IMG/VR virus record: IMGVR_UViG_3300021256_000062
Span: 32,001 to 96,000 of that record
Strand: one strand, 5' to 3'
Length of the DNA stretch: 64,000 bases
DNA from: a virus
Taxonomy: Duplodnaviria; Caudoviricetes
A program made the translations under genes and the position numbers. Of this stretch, positions 28,940 to 38,503 are shown piece after piece. How positions within the stretch are numbered: position 1 is the first letter of the stretch; every line of letters starts with the position of its first letter. The notes under the pieces are model-generated. The model was not told the DNA's origin, made no database searches, and saw only the letters and a list, made by a program, of their open reading frames with translations.

Positions 28940-29053
28940 TTATTCACACTTATCCTTATTCTTTCTTAAATGATAATCTACTATAAAATTAATAGATAAT
29001 AATGGTATTACAAAAGCTAATATTCAAATTATTAATTCAACAAAAAACTTCAT
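28940..29053 (-). pseudogene. Small single-TM ORF interrupted by in-frame TGA
   Basis: Reads MKFFVELII(TGA)ILAFVIPLLSINFIVDYHLRKNKDKCE-TAA and ends 1 nt before the next ATG. Confidence 0.5.
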
Positions 29054-29092
29054 CTCTATCCAACTCTTCTTTTAACTTGTTTTGTCTATACA

Positions 29093-29761
29093 TTATTCAA
29101 CCACCTCTAAATGTAGATTGTTAAAGAATTGTCTATAATGATATATAAAATCATCATCGCTAGATATTGAATAAATGATAAGGTCATCATTTTTTAAAAT
29201 TCCAACATATTCGTACCCACTACAACTATTGTATTCTCTTATTATAAAATATACTACTGTATAATCCTCATCATTTAATTTTACTTTCATTCTTTGCTCA
29301 ACATCAGTAAACTTTAAATCTTCCCATTTTAAATACTTTTTAGATTTACAAATAGAATCAATACTGCCAAAATTCTTATCCTTCATTTTTTCCTTGAGTT
29401 CAGATATTTTCTTTTTACCTTCTTCTGATTTTGCCCAAGAACCATCAAAACCACTTTCATCTACGTTAATTACTCTAACTTGAGATAATTTTTCTTGCAG
29501 CATAAAAGTCTCTCTTAATAGACTCGCAAGTTTAATTAAATCATCTCTATTTCTAAAATGAGCAATGATTTTACTCTTGGGAATATGATGTCTTGTAGAC
29601 CAATATTCCTCAGGTAATCCTTCATAAACATCTAATATTAATTCATCTTCTGTTTCTGCATAACCTACATATTGATAAATAGAATCAGTAGTTAATAAAT
29701 AACCACATTCACCCATAAGTCCATTGAAATAATTTATAACGTCTGATTTTTTAGATTTCAT
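29093..29761 (-). CDS. Hypothetical protein
   Basis: GGAGG RBS; KYLKWEDL..FFNNLHLEVVE C-terminal module. Confidence 0.7.
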   Translation of the reverse strand: MKSKKSDVINYFNGLMGECGYLLTTDSIYQYVGYAETEDELILDVYEGLPEEYWSTRHHIPKSKIIAHFRNRDDLIKLASLLRETFMLQEKLSQVRVINVDESGFDGSWAKSEEGKKKISELKEKMKDKNFGSIDSICKSKKYLKWEDLKFTDVEQRMKVKLNDEDYTVVYFIIREYNSCSGYEYVGILKNDDLIIYSISSDDDFIYHYRQFFNNLHLEVVE

Positions 29762-29773
29762 CTTTTATTCCTC

Positions 29774-30280
29774 CTAATATACTTTTGGTAACTCAAATAA
29801 TACCTCTTCACAATCTAATCTATGAACCATCTCTTTTAAGAATCTAAATTCTTCTTCTGTTAGGGATTGTCTATAATAAGGTATTTTTGAATTATAAGCT
29901 TCAGCTGTTGCATTAGGTCTAATCTCATTAACATCTACATTTTTCAAGATTATTAATTCAAATGCCTTATCCTTTAGATGCTTCTCTTGTGCTTTTAGTA
30001 AGGCTTGTTTGATAGTATCATTTCTAGTTTCTAAAACACTTCTAATAATCTCTGGATTATGCTCTTCACAATAAGCTAAAGCTAAATCATATATTGTTTC
30101 ATATTTTTTCAACGCTTCACTAGGGTTTGCATTGTCTATGGATTCTAAACGTTTAAGGGCTTGTCTTACAATGTCGTTGCATTCTCTAACCTTAATATTT
30201 GTTTCTTTTGTAAATTCGCTAAAAAGTGCTTCGTTAACGATAAATTGTAATGCTTCTAAATATTCTTTACTCATAATCAT
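29774..30280 (-). CDS. Hypothetical protein
   Basis: SKEYLEAL..IKQALLKAQE..LTEEEF pattern. Confidence 0.7.
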   Translation of the reverse strand: MIMSKEYLEALQFIVNEALFSEFTKETNIKVRECNDIVRQALKRLESIDNANPSEALKKYETIYDLALAYCEEHNPEIIRSVLETRNDTIKQALLKAQEKHLKDKAFELIILKNVDVNEIRPNATAEAYNSKIPYYRQSLTEEEFRFLKEMVHRLDCEEVLFELPKVY

Positions 30281-30303
30281 TTACCTATAATTTAATTAAA
30301 CTT

Positions 30304-30918
30304 TTATTTGTTGTCTTTTAAAAATGGTATTGCATCCGATTTAATAATCCAACTTGTTCCAAAAAAGAACAATGCAATAGCTTCTACTATCCAAGTTAGA
30401 TTATAAATATAAACACCAGGAATAAAATTTAATAACATCAGTAAGAATGATGCTATCATTCCAACACCACATACTCTATAAATAATATTCTTAATTTTCT
30501 TTTGTTTAGTTATTTCTCCACTTGATTTAGTAAATAAGAAGAAACTCATAAAAGCCAATGTTCCAAAGAAACCTATGGCACTAATATTATGGAATATTCC
30601 ACTAATGTCTCCATCTAAATGAAATATTCCTGTAGGGATGTTATTATTAGACATAGGGAATAAACATATTAATATACCAAATATACCAGCTATTGTTGCA
30701 GTAATGTCATCTATTTTCTCATACCCTTTATAGTTTATTAATAATATACCTGCACTACCTAGTACAACCATAAATGTACCTACTGCAAATAAGCTATAAT
30801 ATGTTATAGATACTGATTGTGGCCAAGATAAAGTAATTAATGCCACTAACCAAGGTAATAACATACCTAATATTCCAATCATTATTCTCATTCTTTTAGT
30901 ATCAACAGTTACATTCAT
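30304..30918 (-). CDS. Multi-pass membrane protein
   Basis: About 6 TM helices; SITYY, FHNISA..FF, EAIAL..FG.SW. Confidence 0.75.
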   Translation of the reverse strand: MNVTVDTKRMRIMIGILGMLLPWLVALITLSWPQSVSITYYSLFAVGTFMVVLGSAGILLINYKGYEKIDDITATIAGIFGILICLFPMSNNNIPTGIFHLDGDISGIFHNISAIGFFGTLAFMSFFLFTKSSGEITKQKKIKNIIYRVCGVGMIASFLLMLLNFIPGVYIYNLTWIVEAIALFFFGTSWIIKSDAIPFLKDNK

Positions 30919-30930
30919 TCTCTATTACCT

Positions 30931-31221
30931 CTACCATAAATAGTCATCAATCTTGAATCCTACAACAACTGCTCCAATTCCTATAATAAGATAACTTGTA
31001 ACATTAACAACTAAACACCAAACGAATTTAATTTCAGTATTTACTTGATTAAGTAAATGTACATCTTCTTTATAGAATCCAAATGTACTCATTTGTGCAT
31101 TAAACTCATTTAACCACATATTATAATTTAAACTATAACAATAAGTACTGAACCATATATTTAATGCAAGTAAACCAATTACCACAATTCCTAAAATAAT
31201 ATACGCTATAACTTTTTTCAT
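30931..31221 (-). CDS. Membrane protein (2 TM)
   Basis: Start refined to MKKVIA after GGAGG. Confidence 0.65.
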   Translation of the reverse strand: MKKVIAYIILGIVVIGLLALNIWFSTYCYSLNYNMWLNEFNAQMSTFGFYKEDVHLLNQVNTEIKFVWCLVVNVTSYLIIGIGAVVVGFKIDDYLW

Positions 31222-31222
31222 T

Positions 31223-31474
31223 TTAATTACCTCCATATCTATAAGGTTCATATTCATATCCATTTGCCTTACGAACATAAACATCATAATCAACTTCTTT
31301 ATCTAATTTTATTTGTCTATTGACCTCTGCATTACATTTAGGACAATTATGAATACCACTTGTCATCATCATATTTCCATATAAAGTATGATTACCACAA
31401 TGAGGACAAATACAAACACAATCCATTTCATTTTCAGCTTCTTTAATTACTTTAATTCTTCCAATATGTTTCAT
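31223..31474 (-). CDS. Zinc-ribbon protein
   Basis: CPHC..CPKC; start refined after AAGGAG. Confidence 0.65.
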   Translation of the reverse strand: MKHIGRIKVIKEAENEMDCVCICPHCGNHTLYGNMMMTSGIHNCPKCNAEVNRQIKLDKEVDYDVYVRKANGYEYEPYRYGGN

Positions 31475-31497
31475 ATAATATTCTCCTTTACTTATCA

Positions 31498-32319
31498 TTA
31501 TACTTTAGGGACTTGGTTTTGTGAGTTATTTACCTTACGCTCTTCAATATACTTTTCAGCTTCTTCTTTTGTTGCAAAAATTCTATATTCAGGGATATCT
31601 TCAATATTTCCAGTATCTTTAAAATTAATGTATATACATCTTGGACTATAGTTAGAGTAATAACTAGAAAGCTTAAGTTCTTTAGTTTTTGTTTCTCTAT
31701 TTTTATCTTCTGCATAAGCTTCTAAAGTAAAAGCCATTGAAGAGATAATTCCTTCTTTAATAGAATATTCCGTATGACTAGTATTTCCAATATCATAGTT
31801 TCTATTTTCTGGATTGCATACAGGACATCCAGCAACATATTGAATTCCTTCAACTTCTACAAATAGCTTACCTTTACCATTACATTTTGGACAAGCACCA
31901 TCTTTTATTTGTTTCCAATTAACTACATAAACTTTTTGACCAGGTTTAAAAGAAAGTAAACCTAATTGTTTTAGGTATTCCATACCACAATCAGCCTTAT
32001 AATCATTTAGTTCTGCTTTAGCTTCATCAGCTTCTTTTTGTATAGCCCTTAATGCTTTCTTACGTTTCCACATTCTTTCACTAAGTTTATCTAATTTTTT
32101 CTGTTTTAAATAAACTTGTCTAATTAAATTTTTAAAGCCTTCTGTAAACATACCCCTAGCACTATTTAAATACTCTTCTAATAGACCATTAAGACTATCA
32201 ACATTATAACAGCCTTCTTCATCATATTCCCCAAGTTCAACTTCACTATCAGATATATAATCACTGAATACATCATCATGAGATGATTCAAATAATTCAT
32301 CTAAATCAAATCTTGCCAT
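31498..32319 (-). CDS. Hypothetical protein with coiled coil and DnaJ-type zinc motif
   Basis: CPKCNGKG..CPVC. Confidence 0.7.
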   Translation of the reverse strand: MARFDLDELFESSHDDVFSDYISDSEVELGEYDEEGCYNVDSLNGLLEEYLNSARGMFTEGFKNLIRQVYLKQKKLDKLSERMWKRKKALRAIQKEADEAKAELNDYKADCGMEYLKQLGLLSFKPGQKVYVVNWKQIKDGACPKCNGKGKLFVEVEGIQYVAGCPVCNPENRNYDIGNTSHTEYSIKEGIISSMAFTLEAYAEDKNRETKTKELKLSSYYSNYSPRCIYINFKDTGNIEDIPEYRIFATKEEAEKYIEERKVNNSQNQVPKV

Positions 32320-32509
32320 CTTGTTCTCCTTTTATTTCATCTACATTTACATTTTGTAATACTTCATCTATTTTTCCACATTGTGGACATCCAATTAAAT
32401 ATTTATTAAAGAAATGACTACAATCATTTACAAGAAATGCAAATACACACTCACATTTAGAGCAAGTGTGTATATACGAATATTTACCAGGTTTTAAAAT
32501 GCTTCTCAT
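32306..32509 (-). CDS. Zinc-ribbon protein
   Basis: CSKCEC..CPQCG. Confidence 0.65.
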   Translation of the reverse strand: MRSILKPGKYSYIHTCSKCECVFAFLVNDCSHFFNKYLIGCPQCGKIDEVLQNVNVDEIKGEQDGKI

Positions 32510-32512
32510 ACT

Positions 32513-32800
32513 TTAAGAAACCTCATTATTCGTAACATTACTATAAATTAACTCTCCGATATCATCCATATATTCACTAAAGTCTTTATCCATTAAATGT
32601 AATATACATCTGAACATTGACCTTAAATCATATTGGTTATCTTCAATGATATATTCCCCACTCTCAATTAATGATTCAACTCTATCAAAATTAAGGTCTG
32701 CCATCAATATCAGTGGAAATAACATTGGATTAGCTGTTTCAATAAACTCATTAAATTCCTTACGTAAATTTACAATATCTTCTCTAGTAATATTCTTCAT
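32513..32800 (-). CDS. Hypothetical protein
   Basis: In-operon ORF. Confidence 0.6.
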   Translation of the reverse strand: MKNITREDIVNLRKEFNEFIETANPMLFPLILMADLNFDRVESLIESGEYIIEDNQYDLRSMFRCILHLMDKDFSEYMDDIGELIYSNVTNNEVS

Positions 32801-32806
32801 TTTATC

Positions 32807-33028
32807 TTATCTCCTATTTAAACTAGTTTGTGCATAACTAACTTCAAATGAACCCGCTACAAAGTCATCAGCCTCTAATTTGTATTCTCTCTTTAAGGCA
32901 TCAAGACCATCAATGATATTTTCAATACTTCCTTTTTTACAATGAGACCAATAATTAATTTCTTTCTTCTCACCATTAACTAATAAACAACTAATTGTAT
33001 ATAATCTTTGTCCTCTCATAAAGTCCAC
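32807..33028 (-). CDS. Hypothetical protein
   Basis: In-operon ORF. Confidence 0.6.
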   Translation of the reverse strand: MDFMRGQRLYTISCLLVNGEKKEINYWSHCKKGSIENIIDGLDALKREYKLEADDFVAGSFEVSYAQTSLNRR

Positions 33029-33031
33029 CTC

Positions 33032-33238
33032 TTACTTATTTTGAATTTTCTTTAGTTCATTAACATCATTTAAATCACTTACATATCCAACAACAAGAAT
33101 TCTTCCATCAGTAGCCCTTACTGTCACACAAGCAACATTCTCTTCAGAATCTATACTGATGATACATTCAGTTTTAAAACAATTAATTTCCTTATAACAA
33201 TTAAATGCTAAATTTAATGCTTTATCTTTTGTAAACAT
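33032..33238 (-). CDS. Hypothetical protein
   Basis: GGAGGGG RBS. Confidence 0.62.
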   Translation of the reverse strand: MFTKDKALNLAFNCYKEINCFKTECIISIDSEENVACVTVRATDGRILVVGYVSDLNDVNELKKIQNK

Positions 33239-33248
33239 ATTACCCCTC

Positions 33249-33398
33249 CTATAAGTTTTTCAATAATTGATTTTTAGTTCTTTCACTAATCAATTTGTAA
33301 TGAAAAAGATATTCAATAAAATCTTTCTTATCTTGATTACTATTAAAAACTTTAAAACACATAATACATTCAACATCCATGACTGATAAATATTTCAT
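33249..33398 (-). CDS. Small hypothetical protein
   Basis: Start refined to MKYLSV after GGAGG. Confidence 0.55.
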   Translation of the reverse strand: MKYLSVMDVECIMCFKVFNSNQDKKDFIEYLFHYKLISERTKNQLLKNL

Positions 33399-33399
33399 A

Positions 33400-33609
33400 T
33401 TACTTTTCCTCCTTAAATACCTTAAATAAATAAGTGCAACAAACACTCCAAGTTTGTTTATCATATATTTTAACATTATCTACATATAATTTAAATCTAT
33501 TTTGACCTCTTACAACTAACATTCCTGTATGAGTTCCAATATTAAAAGTATATGTATTGTTACAATATTTAATATTAGTGCATTGTGCATACTTTAAATC
33601 ACATAACAT
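33400..33609 (-). CDS. Hypothetical protein
   Basis: GGAGG RBS. Confidence 0.6.
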   Translation of the reverse strand: MLCDLKYAQCTNIKYCNNTYTFNIGTHTGMLVVRGQNRFKLYVDNVKIYDKQTWSVCCTYLFKVFKEEK

Positions 33610-33621
33610 ATTAAATACCTC

Positions 33622-33759
33622 CTATAATGTATCAATATATCTTTTTGCTTGAGCAACATCATTAAACTGATGATTTAACTCTTTAACAAATGTTGGAACA
33701 AACATTCCATTTTTACTAAAATCTAATACTAATGTATAACCTTTATATTTTGTAATCAT
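33622..33759 (-). CDS. Small early protein (45 aa, not in ORF track)
   Basis: MITKYKGYTLVL...AKRYIDTL; GAGGTG RBS; first gene after promoter. Confidence 0.6.
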   Translation of the reverse strand: MITKYKGYTLVLDFSKNGMFVPTFVKELNHQFNDVAQAKRYIDTL

Positions 33760-33786
33760 ACCAAACACCTCACCTTTGATGATTAT

Positions 33787-33815
33787 ATTATACATTTAAA
33801 AAATTAATTTGTCAA
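33787..33815 (-). promoter_or_regulatory. Sigma70-type early promoter
   Basis: TTGACA-17 nt-TATAAT. Confidence 0.85.
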
Positions 33816-33816
33816 T

Positions 33817-33848
33817 AAAAAAAGTAGCATATTTTTCATATACTACTA
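33817..33848 (-). terminator. Intrinsic terminator ending the structural operon
   Basis: AGTAGTATAT-GAAAA-ATATGCTACT followed by a T run. Confidence 0.75.
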
Positions 33849-33856
33849 ATTTTTTT

Positions 33857-34315
33857 TTAAATATCTTTAGTTTCTCCGAATCTCTTCAGTTTTTTAGCTG
33901 ATTCATATTTATCTTTAATAGTATCCCCATCTAGTTTTACTAAACCATGTTCAGCAAGTCTAGGTATTGATGTTTCTACATTTTCAAAGTATGTACTCAT
34001 TATTGGGAATAGATGCTTAGGACCTTTTGCATTTTGTAAATCTTGTTGATAGGATGCTAATTCATTATTCATTAAATTAATTTGGTGTGAATATACCTTT
34101 ATATTTACAAAATCTTCATCTGTTGGATTTTTCTTTTCTATTATTTTATCTATTTTATTTTGATATTCCTTAATTAATTCATTATATTTATTTATAATAT
34201 CAGTTGGCTTTGGACTACTTTTTACTAATTCTCGGTCTAGAATTGTATTATACACATCATATTCATTATTATCTTTTATTAAGATATATCTATTTTTATC
34301 ATTTAATAATGCCAT
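33857..34315 (-). CDS. Hypothetical protein at end of tail operon
   Basis: Last ORF before terminator. Confidence 0.65.
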   Translation of the reverse strand: MALLNDKNRYILIKDNNEYDVYNTILDRELVKSSPKPTDIINKYNELIKEYQNKIDKIIEKKNPTDEDFVNIKVYSHQINLMNNELASYQQDLQNAKGPKHLFPIMSTYFENVETSIPRLAEHGLVKLDGDTIKDKYESAKKLKRFGETKDI

Positions 34316-34329
34316 ATTTATTACCCCTT

Positions 34330-35520
34330 TTAATAATACAATCTAATAAATCCATCTCCACCATCACCGGATGCAGAACTTTGATAACCTGCCACTATGT
34401 CATAAATTTCTCCAGCACCACCACCTCCGGAACCAAAAGTACCGGCAACTCCAGCTCCACCAACACTACCCTTACCTCCAGAACCACCATTAGCTAAATA
34501 AGATGCAGCTCCACCACCTCCACCTTGTGATGAACCTTTTGTTCCTCCTGCTTTTTGACCAAATTCTTGATAGTATGGAGATATATCAGTAGATGAGTTT
34601 ATTAATTTATTTTTAAATGACTCTGTAGATGTTCCATTAGATGGGTCATATTCTGTACCTCCCCAGTATTCACCACCGTTACCACCAGACACACCATATT
34701 TAGAAAATAACACATTTGGTGCTGATACTCCAGTACTAGGAACTCCACCACGTCCCCCTTGAGCTAGAGTACTTGATGAATCTGTACCACTTTCACCATT
34801 ATCACCACAACCAGCAATCAATACTGAACTACTACCATTTTTAGTAATAGTTGTTGATGTTGGGTCAGTTAAAGTATATATGTAATGTGTTACAGGGATA
34901 AATCCTTGTTCTGTCCAAACATACTCAATCCAAGATGATGTTGTACATTTACCACCTTTTCCTATATTGAGTGTATATGTAGCATTATTTTCTAAATCCA
35001 TAACTATACCAACAAATGCACCTGAACCTCCACCCCCACCTCTGTTAGACCTATGTGGGCTGACACCTGTATTTGAATATGATATTCCACCTGCACCACC
35101 AGCTCCCATTGCCACAACAACTATCTTTTTAGGGATTACATTATCATCAAAATCAGATGGATAGTAAACTGTTGAACCTATGGTTAAAGTATCATTAGTT
35201 CTAACAATTGTAGTATTTTCAGTTATATCATTTCCTATTTGATTATATTTAGGAAATGTTCCCGATAATATTCCAGTTGCAACTGCGGTATCAAAATGTC
35301 CAGTAGGACTAAAGGTTGTTGTCCAATATGGGAATGAGAATTGTTGATTTGATATACCCATAATTGGAGGTAGATAATTAGTAGTCTTAACTAATTTTGT
35401 TGATGATATATTTTGATACTTTGGCCAAATATACTCAACATCAACAGGATTATCTAAAAAACTATATTTGGTATGCCAAGTAGGTAAAAATGAACCATTT
35501 ATAAAATATTTATCCCACAT
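34330..35520 (-). CDS. Glycine-rich tail fibre/receptor-binding protein
   Basis: GAGGAGG, GGGGGSGA, terminal GGDGFIRLYY glycine-rich domain. Confidence 0.7.
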   Translation of the reverse strand: MWDKYFINGSFLPTWHTKYSFLDNPVDVEYIWPKYQNISSTKLVKTTNYLPPIMGISNQQFSFPYWTTTFSPTGHFDTAVATGILSGTFPKYNQIGNDITENTTIVRTNDTLTIGSTVYYPSDFDDNVIPKKIVVVAMGAGGAGGISYSNTGVSPHRSNRGGGGGSGAFVGIVMDLENNATYTLNIGKGGKCTTSSWIEYVWTEQGFIPVTHYIYTLTDPTSTTITKNGSSSVLIAGCGDNGESGTDSSSTLAQGGRGGVPSTGVSAPNVLFSKYGVSGGNGGEYWGGTEYDPSNGTSTESFKNKLINSSTDISPYYQEFGQKAGGTKGSSQGGGGGAASYLANGGSGGKGSVGGAGVAGTFGSGGGGAGEIYDIVAGYQSSASGDGGDGFIRLYY

Positions 35521-35541
35521 AATCTATACCACCTTTCATCC

Positions 35542-37305
35542 TTAATTAATTAATTTATTTAATTCAACTTGTTGTTTATCAACTATTGTCTTTAATTGTT
35601 TAATTTCTTCTATTAATAAATAAACTAATTTATTTTCTTGAATAGATAAGTATCCATCCTTATTTTCATACACTAATTCTGGATATAATTGTTGTAAATC
35701 TTGTGCTAAACAACCAATTTGATTTTTAGCACCATCAATATAATCAAATCTCTTAATTGGTAAATCTAATATTGATTTAGTATATTTAAATGGACTGATG
35801 TTTTCTTTCAATCTTTGGTCAGATGTAGCATAAAAATTAACTGCAGTAACGCGACCTGCACATCCAATTTCATTTGCACTTAAATGATATGTGCTGATAT
35901 GTCCACCATGAATACCAGTATAACCTTCACTTGAAGTATATCCTACTTTTGTTATCTCAATCTTACCTTTTGAAATAGATAATAAATTATATTGTGGATT
36001 TTGAGTATTGCCCATAGATGTTAACTCATTATCTATTATTAGATTATTAAATTTTGCATTACCTGAATTATTAATATAATAATTAGTATTAGATGTACCT
36101 AAATATAATGTGCTACCTAGTCTTTTGTTAGCAGTGATTGTTTGAACAACATCTGAAAATAATACTCTATGTAAATTTAATTTTACATCATCCGTATCCG
36201 TATCTTTACCTATTACAACCCCATTTACTGCAGGTGTATTTATTCCACTACTTTTGATAGTAGTTCTTTCATATTCAGTTGCACCATTTGATTTTGTAAA
36301 AGTTAAGATATACTGATTATTAACACCAATATCTAGTTTAACATCTGACTCCAAATCACCATTTTTATGATAATTCAATGATGAGTTTTCAAAATAAATT
36401 GTATTATCTTCTCCAGATATAGTATTATCTCTTGCAGATAATGCTAGGAAAGGTTTTATAGAATTACCTGTATAAAATTCTACTTTTGAACTTTTAAATT
36501 GTTTGTAACAAGTTATAGTTTGGTCAGTGTCAATCATTTCAACTGTTCCAGATTGTTTAATATATGCCACAATTTCAGATGAACCAGTTTCTTTATTATT
36601 TAATCTAATAAATTTATTAGAATCCTTATCAATATTTAAATCATTAATTCCACTTGTATGTATATCAATAGAATCTAAACTACTTACTTTCGCATATGGA
36701 GTTATCAACTTAGCTGTTATTACTTTAGTGTTATCAATAACATCTAATGCAGATTTCTTAACTCCAGCATTAGTATGTCCACCATAAATATCATCTAAAT
36801 CTAATTTGAATTTACTATATTTTGGAATACTACCATCTTTAGAAAGACATAATGTGTAATACTCATCATCTGATGTTTGAATTTCAGGTATTGAATTAGA
36901 AATATATAATGCAATAAAATTAATATCACTATTATCTAAATAATCTAAATTTCTAGTATTGTATGTACTTGCATCATAAGGATATAATTCCCACATATTT
37001 ACATAATCAGTTTCACCTGTTATAGCTGTTTTAGATAATCTTATTGTTGCATACATATCTCCACTAGGTGTGAAATTCTTAACTTGGAAGAAATATCCAT
37101 GTATAAAAAATTCAATAACATTTTGTGAATAACTAACAATGAAACTTCCCTTATTTTGAGTAACTAATCTACTTACAATATTAGTTAAATTAAATTCGGT
37201 ATTTAATTTTGATTCTGGATTTACTGATATATCTACTCCACCATCATTATATTGTCTATAACCACTTGGGTACATATAAACATTTTCACTTTTAAAATAA
37301 CTCAT
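35542..37305 (-). CDS. Tail fibre with C-terminal intramolecular chaperone (peptidase S74)
   Basis: ATSDQRLKENI, IGCLAQDLQ..YPELV, terminal coiled coil. Confidence 0.85.
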   Translation of the reverse strand: MSYFKSENVYMYPSGYRQYNDGGVDISVNPESKLNTEFNLTNIVSRLVTQNKGSFIVSYSQNVIEFFIHGYFFQVKNFTPSGDMYATIRLSKTAITGETDYVNMWELYPYDASTYNTRNLDYLDNSDINFIALYISNSIPEIQTSDDEYYTLCLSKDGSIPKYSKFKLDLDDIYGGHTNAGVKKSALDVIDNTKVITAKLITPYAKVSSLDSIDIHTSGINDLNIDKDSNKFIRLNNKETGSSEIVAYIKQSGTVEMIDTDQTITCYKQFKSSKVEFYTGNSIKPFLALSARDNTISGEDNTIYFENSSLNYHKNGDLESDVKLDIGVNNQYILTFTKSNGATEYERTTIKSSGINTPAVNGVVIGKDTDTDDVKLNLHRVLFSDVVQTITANKRLGSTLYLGTSNTNYYINNSGNAKFNNLIIDNELTSMGNTQNPQYNLLSISKGKIEITKVGYTSSEGYTGIHGGHISTYHLSANEIGCAGRVTAVNFYATSDQRLKENISPFKYTKSILDLPIKRFDYIDGAKNQIGCLAQDLQQLYPELVYENKDGYLSIQENKLVYLLIEEIKQLKTIVDKQQVELNKLIN

Positions 37306-37317
37306 ATACTAATCTCC

Positions 37318-37773
37318 TTACACTCCACTTGGATTACTAAATGACATTTCCCAAGTAATTATCACTGATGAATCTTCTGGATTACCACCCATTGTAATTA
37401 TATCAGTTAAGTTTACAATTGCCATAGGGTCAACATAGTTATTTTGATTAAATAACTCAATTGCTTTAACTGATTTATTAGCACCTATAACTACTCCAGG
37501 AATTGTTGCACTGAAATAAGCAACATAGTTATCATTCTTTAATTTAGTAAATCTATCTGAAATAGGAACTAATGTACTAGTAGTATCATCAGTATATACT
37601 ACTCTTATATAATTAGGTGCATTTAATTTATCATAATAAGTAAGTGTTAAACAGTTGCATAAGAAATACCACAATACATTAGTACCTCTATTGTGATATT
37701 TCATATTTTTAACTGCAATACCTTTATAATTAACTGTTATATTAACATTACTCTTTAATTTAATTGAACCCAT
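37318..37773 (-). CDS. Baseplate/tail-fibre attachment protein
   Basis: HN.GT..L, AIELF, IITWEM pattern; position. Confidence 0.55.
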   Translation of the reverse strand: MGSIKLKSNVNITVNYKGIAVKNMKYHNRGTNVLWYFLCNCLTLTYYDKLNAPNYIRVVYTDDTTSTLVPISDRFTKLKNDNYVAYFSATIPGVVIGANKSVKAIELFNQNNYVDPMAIVNLTDIITMGGNPEDSSVIITWEMSFSNPSGV

Positions 37774-37787
37774 AATATAACACTCCT

Positions 37788-38492
37788 TTAATTATTAGAT
37801 GATATTTCATCATCATTAGGTGGTATAGAACCACTATTAACAATAACAGTAGTATGTGTTTTATTATCACTATTTGGTTTAAATACTTGACCAAATAAAC
37901 TACTACTATTTTTCTTATGTGTCTTATATGCAACAGCATTAAAGTCGTAAATATCTTGTTCAACATTAGTTGTAATAGTATTTACATAATAAATATTATA
38001 TATAAAACCAGCTGGTAATATATATTCAAATAAATCTTCAATTAATACTGTATCTTTTACATCTGATGGTAGATATAACTCTAAATATTGATATTCATTT
38101 CCATTATCATCAAGTTCAGATGTTCTAAATGATTTAATTAGTGTACCTATCTTTAGATTATATTCACTCTTAATATTTTGACTTTTAAATAGAATATCTA
38201 TGCAATATTCAATTGCAGCTTTAGTACCTTTAATTTTCATAATGGTTTTAAATACTGATGCCAATATTAATAGATTTGTATTTGGATAATCATGTTCACC
38301 ATAAAATCCTAATGAATATAATATCAAATTAATCATATCCAATAATGTATCATTTGACACGTTATTGTTATTAACCAAATTAGAATTCATAAGTAAATAA
38401 TTATACAATACTTCATTTACTCTACCTAATAATTGAAAATCTCTAGAATTTTCATAATAGGCCTCTGGTATACTTTTGTGAACTTTAATCAT
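37788..38492 (-). CDS. Baseplate wedge protein (gpI/gp7-like)
   Basis: PEAYY.SRDFQ, KGTKAAIE, YILPAG. Confidence 0.7.
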   Translation of the reverse strand: MIKVHKSIPEAYYENSRDFQLLGRVNEVLYNYLLMNSNLVNNNNVSNDTLLDMINLILYSLGFYGEHDYPNTNLLILASVFKTIMKIKGTKAAIEYCIDILFKSQNIKSEYNLKIGTLIKSFRTSELDDNGNEYQYLELYLPSDVKDTVLIEDLFEYILPAGFIYNIYYVNTITTNVEQDIYDFNAVAYKTHKKNSSSLFGQVFKPNSDNKTHTTVIVNSGSIPPNDDEISSNN

Positions 38493-38503
38493 AGATATAC
38501 CTC

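Noticed and set aside
34330-37305. Diversity-generating retroelement targeting the fibres
   Set aside because: No reverse transcriptase or template/variable repeat pair seen in the window
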